Assembly: GCA_041191145.1 (NCBI GenBank)
Contig: JBEEPK010000002.1
Coordinates: 3,539-67,538, forward strand
DNA: 64,000 nucleotides
Direction: 5' to 3'
Source: Bacteroidota bacterium
Lineage (GTDB): Bacteria; Bacteroidota; Ignavibacteria; Kapaibacteriales; UBA961
The notes under the pieces were generated by a model. It did no database searches. It saw only the letters and a program-made list of their open reading frames with translations, and had not been told where the DNA came from. Numbering within the stretch: position 1 is the stretch's first letter; each line of letters starts with the position of its first letter. This document shows, piece after piece, positions 58,379 through 64,000 of the stretch. The translations under genes were made by a program, and so were the position numbers.

Positions 58379-58962
58379 TGCGGCATGAATGAATGAAAAG
58401 CAAGGGCAATTGATGGAGAATTTGAGAATGCATCTTTGGAAGTCGTCAAAATGGCAATGTGATAGAGTCTGTCATCGAAAAGATACATTTCCGAAGTGCC
58501 ATAGTATCTTGTCATCCCATCGAGCATGGTGTAAAAAGTTCGTAAACCCTCAGTTGATTTGTTGTGTATTGCTTTGACACATTTCATTGATTGAGTACTT
58601 TTTGCATCCATGGCATGAAGAAAATAATTCATAGCGGATTCAAAGAGTTTTTCGGGCTTCCGTTTTTGAATCACATTTTTGGAATAGCTCGCCACGCTAA
58701 TGGTCATGGAAATTGAATCATTCTCCATCAAGTACACATCTTGTATCGCATTGTCATAAATGGTTTTTAAGGTATCTCTTTGCTTAAAAGAAATTCCATT
58801 TAGCTCTTTTGACAATGAAATGACAAAAGAATTATTGTTGCCTGTAAATACTTTTGAAGCGGGCCATTGATTCTTGCGATTCTGAGATGGCAATTGTTGC
58901 TCTTTTTCATCCGAACAAGAAGTGAGGAAGATCACAGCAAATACTATGCAGAGATATTTCAT
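58375..58962 (-). CDS. Hypothetical lipoprotein
   Basis: Lipobox 'FLTSC'. Overlaps both neighbours by 4 bp. Confidence 0.4.
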   Translation of the reverse strand: MKYLCIVFAVIFLTSCSDEKEQQLPSQNRKNQWPASKVFTGNNNSFVISLSKELNGISFKQRDTLKTIYDNAIQDVYLMENDSISMTISVASYSKNVIQKRKPEKLFESAMNYFLHAMDAKSTQSMKCVKAIHNKSTEGLRTFYTMLDGMTRYYGTSEMYLFDDRLYHIAILTTSKDAFSNSPSIALAFHSFMPQ

Positions 58963-61268
58963 GATTGATTGTTCTTCCTTCTTTGCATGAATAAACCAAT
59001 CGCAATGCCAATGATTGTGATGCCAAAACCTGCATAACTGATGGTTCTTCCTGTTTCATAGGAATTAGAAATGAAATGCAATTCCAATGTATGCTTTCCT
59101 GCAGGAATCTCAATCCCTCTTAATGACCAGTTCACTCGGTTTATGTCTACCGATGATCCATCCAATGTTGCTTTCCATGAAGGAAACCAAATTTCACTGA
59201 GACAAAGGATTCCGGGTTGACTTGTTTCTATGGAGTATACTTGATGATTCGGCTCATATGTCAATGTTTTTACAATATGCTTTACTGAATCAGGCATCTG
59301 TCCTGACAATGAAATTGATGGCTTTTTCTCAAGATACGCCGTATGACGCATGTCTGATCCGGCCTTCATTATGGCTCTTTTCAATGAAGAATCATCTGAG
59401 AAGACTTTTGCATTATATACCATTCTTGCGTGACCATAAGCGCTTTCTCGTTTTCTGAAATACAATGAACCTGATGTGGAATCAAGCGAGAGAGCATAGC
59501 GTATGTTTAATACATCAAATCTATCTTCTTCAGATTGGAGTGGAGGATTTCTTCTTGCAAGCAAAATGGGATTATATCCCTCATAGAGCATAATGCCGGA
59601 GGCCATGCCCCCATTCCTTTGAAATGCCATGCCATATTGATTTCTCATTGACACACGAAAAATGGAATTTGGAGGATTGATGGCGAGTTGGGATTTCAAC
59701 TCATTTGAAAGTACATACATACTTTCAGGATTCTCTTTTGATCCATGAAATCCTTTGAATTGCATGCTAAGATCAATGAACAACAAAGAGGAAATCGCAA
59801 GGCCCGCTATCATTGGATTGACCTTCCCATTGCCTCGAAGATAGATAAGACCAATACCAATGATCGCAATCACAAGAATGATTCCCGCTTGGCTAGAAAC
59901 ATATGAACTTAGTGGTTCATGTACGGATGCAAAAGATTGCAGAATTCCCAGTACTCCAAGAATGAGTAGAGTCAATGGTATGCCAATAAGAATATATGTG
60001 CGTGTTCTCAGTGTGGAGTCTTTGAAAAGGGAGGGGAGAGCATCAAATGTCAAGCCGGCCAATAATGGAAATCCAAATGCGGCATAAAACATCATCCTTC
60101 CTGGATTTCTGAATTGACCGAATATTGGAATATTCGAAAGCAAACCATGTAAAAATCCATTATTTCCGATACCATAAAGAAATGCAAATATCCATAGATA
60201 TTGACATGTCAATATGATGGGTGTTCTTGGTAAAACGAGAAAGGATAATACTCCCAATATCACCGCAAGAATTCCGAAATAAAATGCTGTATCCCAATAC
60301 CAATGTGTTTGAACGGGTTGATTATTCGCATCCAACATCATGAATTGAGCATCTGAATCTTTGGGTCCCGGATTTCCAATGATCTTTCCATGAAGTGAAG
60401 GAAGAATCATATGAAACAATTGTGAAATCTGCATGGAGCCATCCGTGGTCTTTTCATAAGTGATATCATTTCTCTCGGAGAAAGATGCCAATTCTTGACC
60501 AGGCAAATACTGAATCGACGCAATGGAAGATGCAATAATTACAGGTAATGCCAATAGAGAAAGACTTTTCACGGCAGACAATCCATTCAATTCCTTCTTC
60601 ATTATTCCCTGAATCACATGAATAAATCCAAGCACAGCCAAGAAAATCAATATATATGTCGATGTTTGTGCATGTCCTGCAAGAACTGCAATGCCAAGTA
60701 ATAATCCGGCATACAGAATATTCTGTAATCTGAAGAGTTGTATGCCTTTCAATACATGGTGTACAATGAGTGGGAACAATGCCAAATGATAGATAATCAT
60801 CGGATGATTGGTTCGAACGGCCATTGCACCGCTAAATGCATATGCAATTGAGGTTAGAATCGCACCCCATTGACTCACTCCCAATCCGCGCATTAAATAG
60901 ACCATGCTGAGTTGCGCAATCACAAAATGTAAAATGATGACATATTCAATCACCTTGGCTTTCAGCATCCCGCTTGTAGGATCAATGAAATACGGGAAAA
61001 TCCAATGGGCCGGATAAAAATATTGTGCCTGAAAGTCGGCAAGAAATGGCATTCCATTGAACATGAATGGATTCCAAAATGGAATCTCTCCCTTTGCAGT
61101 CATGGATGCTCCAAAACTTGCCATAGGATATACATACTGCGATATATCATCCCAGAAATAGGATGAACCAAAAAGAATATCCGAAAAGAATATCATTGTG
61201 GTGAGTATCGATATTCCAATAATGAGCGGCCAGGAATATAAACTTGAGGTAGTCAACTTTGTGGTCAT
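58959..61268 (-). CDS. YfhO-family polytopic membrane protein
   Basis: Many TM helices. N-terminal 'FWDDISQYVYPMASFGASMTAKGEIPFWNPFMFNGMPFLADFQAQYFYP' is typical of the YfhO family. The start is trimmed to 'MTTKLTT' to avoid overlapping yqeY on the opposite strand. Confidence 0.6.
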   Translation of the reverse strand: MTTKLTTSSLYSWPLIIGISILTTMIFFSDILFGSSYFWDDISQYVYPMASFGASMTAKGEIPFWNPFMFNGMPFLADFQAQYFYPAHWIFPYFIDPTSGMLKAKVIEYVIILHFVIAQLSMVYLMRGLGVSQWGAILTSIAYAFSGAMAVRTNHPMIIYHLALFPLIVHHVLKGIQLFRLQNILYAGLLLGIAVLAGHAQTSTYILIFLAVLGFIHVIQGIMKKELNGLSAVKSLSLLALPVIIASSIASIQYLPGQELASFSERNDITYEKTTDGSMQISQLFHMILPSLHGKIIGNPGPKDSDAQFMMLDANNQPVQTHWYWDTAFYFGILAVILGVLSFLVLPRTPIILTCQYLWIFAFLYGIGNNGFLHGLLSNIPIFGQFRNPGRMMFYAAFGFPLLAGLTFDALPSLFKDSTLRTRTYILIGIPLTLLILGVLGILQSFASVHEPLSSYVSSQAGIILVIAIIGIGLIYLRGNGKVNPMIAGLAISSLLFIDLSMQFKGFHGSKENPESMYVLSNELKSQLAINPPNSIFRVSMRNQYGMAFQRNGGMASGIMLYEGYNPILLARRNPPLQSEEDRFDVLNIRYALSLDSTSGSLYFRKRESAYGHARMVYNAKVFSDDSSLKRAIMKAGSDMRHTAYLEKKPSISLSGQMPDSVKHIVKTLTYEPNHQVYSIETSQPGILCLSEIWFPSWKATLDGSSVDINRVNWSLRGIEIPAGKHTLELHFISNSYETGRTISYAGFGITIIGIAIGLFMQRRKNNQS

Positions 61269-61383
61269 TCGAATAGACTCATGAATTATTTGTTTGAATG
61301 AATCGCAAAATACCCCTTGCAAACTCTTTTTCCAAAGCCTCTCTTTTGTCATGAAGTGATGAGAGAGTATTTTTGAATAACAT

Positions 61384-61845
61384 TTGGAGATAATCATGAC
61401 ATTTGAACAACAAATCAATGAAGATTTGAAGGAATCCATGAAGTCTGGCGATAAACTACGCCTGGAAACACTTCGTAGTTTACGGGCTTCAATTATCGAA
61501 TTCAGCAAAAGCGGAACCGGTAAGGATATGTCCGAAGAAGATGCACAGAAGATTCTGTTAAATGCATCAAAGAAGAGAAAAGATGCCATTGAAATGTATA
61601 AGCAAGCGGGAAGACAAGATTTATTGGAAAAGGAAGAATCTGAGCTTGCTATCATCGCAGCATATTTGCCCGAACAATTATCCGAATCAGAAGTTGTAGA
61701 TGCACTAAAGTTGATTATTCAACAAGTTGGTGCGGAAGGACCAAAAGATATGGGGAAGGTGATGGGACTTGCAATGAAAGAGCTTCGTGGAAAGGCAGAT
61801 GGTACGCTAGTGCAACAGTGTTTGAAACAATTGCTTCAATCCTAA
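61384..61845 (+). CDS. yqeY: GatB/YqeY domain protein
   Basis: 'LKESMKSGDKLRLETLRSLRASI' N-terminal YqeY signature. Confidence 0.8.
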   Translation: MEIIMTFEQQINEDLKESMKSGDKLRLETLRSLRASIIEFSKSGTGKDMSEEDAQKILLNASKKRKDAIEMYKQAGRQDLLEKEESELAIIAAYLPEQLSESEVVDALKLIIQQVGAEGPKDMGKVMGLAMKELRGKADGTLVQQCLKQLLQS

Positions 61846-61847
61846 TC

Positions 61848-61991
61848 ATGAAAAAACAATTTCTTGCCAGTAAAATGTGTGAGACATGCTCCAGAGAATT
61901 TGTCTGGCGAAAAAAATGGGAAAAAGTTTGGGATGAAGTGAAATACTGCTCTGAACGCTGTCGAAATGAACGGAAACGAAAAAAGCCCTGA
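61848..61991 (+). CDS. DUF2256-family small zinc-ribbon protein (47 aa)
   Basis: Hand-translated as MKKQFLASKMCETCSREFVWRKKWEKVWDEVKYCSERCRNERKRKKP. It has two CxxC pairs and the characteristic 'CETC...F.WRKKW...YCSERCR' pattern. Missed by the ORF track because it is under 60 aa. Confidence 0.65.
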   Translation: MKKQFLASKMCETCSREFVWRKKWEKVWDEVKYCSERCRNERKRKKP

Positions 61992-62005
61992 AAAACAGGG
62001 CTTTA
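61983..62005. terminator. Bidirectional rho-independent terminator
   Basis: AGCCCTG-aaaaa-CAGGGCT hairpin flanked by A/T runs, lying between the DUF2256 stop and the 3' end of tRNA-Val. Confidence 0.65.
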
Positions 62006-62011
62006 ATGTTG

Positions 62012-62086
62012 TGGGCGAAGAGGGATTTGAACCCCCGACATCCTGCTTGTAAGGCAGGCGCTCTGGACCAGCTGAGCTATTCGCCC
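62012..62086 (-). tRNA. tRNA-Val (anticodon TAC)
   Basis: The reverse complement folds as a cloverleaf: GGGCGAA/TTCGCCC acceptor stem, GCTC/GAGC D-stem, CCTGC-CTTACAA-GCAGG anticodon arm, GGGGG-TTCAAAT-CCCTC T-arm, discriminator A, and no encoded CCA. Confidence 0.85.
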
Positions 62087-62134
62087 CCTCAAAATATTTT
62101 TTCAAAAACACAAATCATTTTCTTTTCAATAATC

Positions 62135-62377
62135 TTATCTCACCGCTTCAATGCGTTTCAGAGATGGAATTCCTGCCAATAACCATCGTTCAACTCCGGC
62201 ACGAAGTGTCATTAATTGCATGGGACATTGCGCACATTGTCCTAAGAATCGAACTTCAACCACGCCGATTTGATCTTCATAAGCCACAAATTCAATGTCC
62301 CCACCATCTGCCTGTAAATACGGTCTTAATTGGTCAAGGATTGCTTGAATTTTTACTATGACTTCTTCTGTATTCAT
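62135..62377 (-). CDS. NifU-like (Nfu) Fe-S cluster assembly domain protein
   Basis: 'LRPYLQADGGDIEF...QCAQCPMQLMTL' CxxC motif. Confidence 0.8.
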   Translation of the reverse strand: MNTEEVIVKIQAILDQLRPYLQADGGDIEFVAYEDQIGVVEVRFLGQCAQCPMQLMTLRAGVERWLLAGIPSLKRIEAVR

Positions 62378-63465
62378 TAAAGAGTTATTGAAATAGTTTG
62401 TGCATTTCTTGATGCATGAGCATTCTTGCGTATCATTGATACTATGGAAGCAGTGATATCTCGAATGATATCACCTTGAGCCAAAAAATCAGGGTTCAAT
62501 ACCACCGGAAATCCATTGTCGCCGCCTTCTCTGGTGTCAATAGTGAGTGGGACGGCACCAAGAAATGGAACACCTGACTCAGTAGCAACTTGTTCTCCAC
62601 CACCTTTACCGAAGATATAGTATTGTTTTTCAGGGGCATCCGGGGGCACGAAATAACTCATGTTTTCGATGATGCCGAGTATGGTTACATTCACCTTCTT
62701 AAACATGCTGATGCTTCTTCGAACATCTGAAACGGAAATTTCTTGAGGTGTGGTAACAATCACTGCCCCATCAAGTGGAACTCTTTGAGTTAGTGTCAAT
62801 TGGATGTCGCCTGTTCCGGGAGGCAAATCAAAGACGAGAAAATCCAAATCACCCCATGCAATTTGATCCATCAATGTTGTGAAATAGCCTGCGAGCATCG
62901 GGCCTCGCATTATGGCCGCTTGATCGCGATCCATGATAAAACCGATAGATGCTATTTTTACGCCATATTGTTCAATTGGAAATCCAATTAAAGCACCTGA
63001 TTCTGTCTTCTCGGCCTCCATTTGCGCTCCTGCAACTCCATACATTGTAGGAATGCTTGGTCCATAAATATCTGCATCAAGAAGTCCAACACTGGCACCT
63101 CTTTGTGCAAGTGAAGCCGCTAGATTTGCAGCTATCGTAGATTTTCCAACTCCACCTTTTCCGGATGATACTGCAATGAGATGCTTTACAGTTGGGAGCA
63201 CATTTGGATTTGTTGCTCTTGGAGTTATGATTTCGCGAACATAAATTCTAATTTCATAACCTTCCGAAATGACAAGAATCTTTTCGCGAATTTCATCTTC
63301 AATTACTTTTGCAATCCAATGTACCGGAGGATATAATTCTATATAAACTGAAATGGACATGCCATCAATTTCTATTGATTTTATTGCATTGAGGTCTTTG
63401 AGAGTGATTGCCAAATCTGGATCTAAAATCGAATCTATTGCTTCGCGAATAACTTGTTCATTCAT
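62377..63465 (-). CDS. apbC: Mrp/NBP35-family Fe-S cluster carrier ATPase (ApbC)
   Basis: N-terminal DUF59-like region. P-loop 'SGKGGVGKST'. CxxC carrier motif. Confidence 0.85.
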   Translation of the reverse strand: MNEQVIREAIDSILDPDLAITLKDLNAIKSIEIDGMSISVYIELYPPVHWIAKVIEDEIREKILVISEGYEIRIYVREIITPRATNPNVLPTVKHLIAVSSGKGGVGKSTIAANLAASLAQRGASVGLLDADIYGPSIPTMYGVAGAQMEAEKTESGALIGFPIEQYGVKIASIGFIMDRDQAAIMRGPMLAGYFTTLMDQIAWGDLDFLVFDLPPGTGDIQLTLTQRVPLDGAVIVTTPQEISVSDVRRSISMFKKVNVTILGIIENMSYFVPPDAPEKQYYIFGKGGGEQVATESGVPFLGAVPLTIDTREGGDNGFPVVLNPDFLAQGDIIRDITASIVSMIRKNAHASRNAQTISITL

Positions 63466-63877
63466 GTGTATCGGTATGGTTTGGTTGACAAAATTCCATT
63501 AATACTCCGCCAGTTGAACTCGGATGTAAAAATGCGATTTGCATATCATGTGCGCCGGGAACAGGTATCTGATTGATGAGTCTAATGCCATGTTCTTCAG
63601 CATGCGACAGATCATCTTCAATTGCATTTGATGTGAATGCTATGTGGTGAATACCTTCACCTCTTTTTGCTATGAATTGTGCGATGGGTGAATCGTCAGA
63701 AATAGCAGCCGTGAGTTCAATCAAAACACCATTGAGTGAAAATGATGCTATGCGAACCTTTTGCATTTCGATTGTTTCTTCATGGAATTGTTCAACTCTG
63801 AACAATTGCGCATAGCGTTGTTTACTTACTTCAAGATCCTTGACAGCGATTCCGATATGATTGATTCCTTGTAGCAT
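63458..63877 (-). CDS. mce: Methylmalonyl-CoA epimerase (VOC/glyoxalase family)
   Basis: 'INHIGIAVKDLE...GEGIHHIAF...GGVLMEF' pattern. Confidence 0.75.
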   Translation of the reverse strand: MLQGINHIGIAVKDLEVSKQRYAQLFRVEQFHEETIEMQKVRIASFSLNGVLIELTAAISDDSPIAQFIAKRGEGIHHIAFTSNAIEDDLSHAEEHGIRLINQIPVPGAHDMQIAFLHPSSTGGVLMEFCQPNHTDTHE

Positions 63878-63879
63878 CA

Positions 63880-64000
63880 GCGATTATCCTTTTGCATGTT
63901 TGCATAAACCTCTTCAGCATTAGCCAATTCCTGCAAAGTGTTTATGCCCATGAATTCAGTAGAATTCAAAGAGGGAATTGCATAGACATGTTTCTGTTTT
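63880..64000 (-). CDS. 3' end of an unidentified CDS (5'-truncated by the window edge)
   Basis: Open minus-strand frame ending '...EFMGINTLQELANAEEVYANMQKDNR*' with its stop at 63880. Only ~40 codons are visible. Confidence 0.3.

Noticed and set aside
61842-62111. 89-aa minus-strand ORF
   Set aside because: Almost entirely overlaps tRNA-Val and the terminator. Low-complexity translation.

Overview
The window is a low-GC (~35-40%) chromosomal segment that is about 90% coding. It looks like a Bacteroidota/Ignavibacteriota-type (FCB-group) organism. Genes lack Shine-Dalgarno sequences, several proteins end in T9SS-type C-terminal sorting domains, and TonB-dependent receptors and OmpA/PD40 proteins are present.

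Recognisable housekeeping blocks:
- The conserved rimP-nusA-infB-rbfA-truB-ribF operon on the minus strand.
- tgt-yajC-ribBA-greA.
- adk, tpiA, dprA, type-2 idi, a tRNA-Val, and an Nfu/ApbC/methylmalonyl-CoA-epimerase operon.
- A TetR-TolC-MFP-RND efflux locus.

Accessory or unusual content:
- An RsmI rRNA methyltransferase whose C-terminus carries about 24 near-identical decapeptide repeats ('DGDSGG[YF][RK]KR'). These are encoded by a 30-bp tandem DNA repeat.
- Two tandem paralogous T9SS-sorted proteins that share an N-terminal 'STGAPG..TCA.SGCH' motif.
- A MerR regulator followed by a signal-peptide WD40 propeller translationally coupled to an OmpA-like gene.
- An AT-rich island with two Tyr-rich secreted orphan proteins next to a YfbK-like vWA protein.
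- A MurD-like Mur ligase outside any dcw cluster, in an operon with M24 and M28 peptidases and a GT9 glycosyltransferase.
- An ECF sigma/anti-sigma/CpxP-like envelope-stress module.
- A T9SS-sorted extracellular endonuclease I.

The ORF track missed a small DUF2256 zinc-ribbon gene and a 5'-partial secreted repeat protein at the window start. No CRISPR array, integrase or transposase was seen. Every product call below rests on motif recognition by eye, not on a database search.
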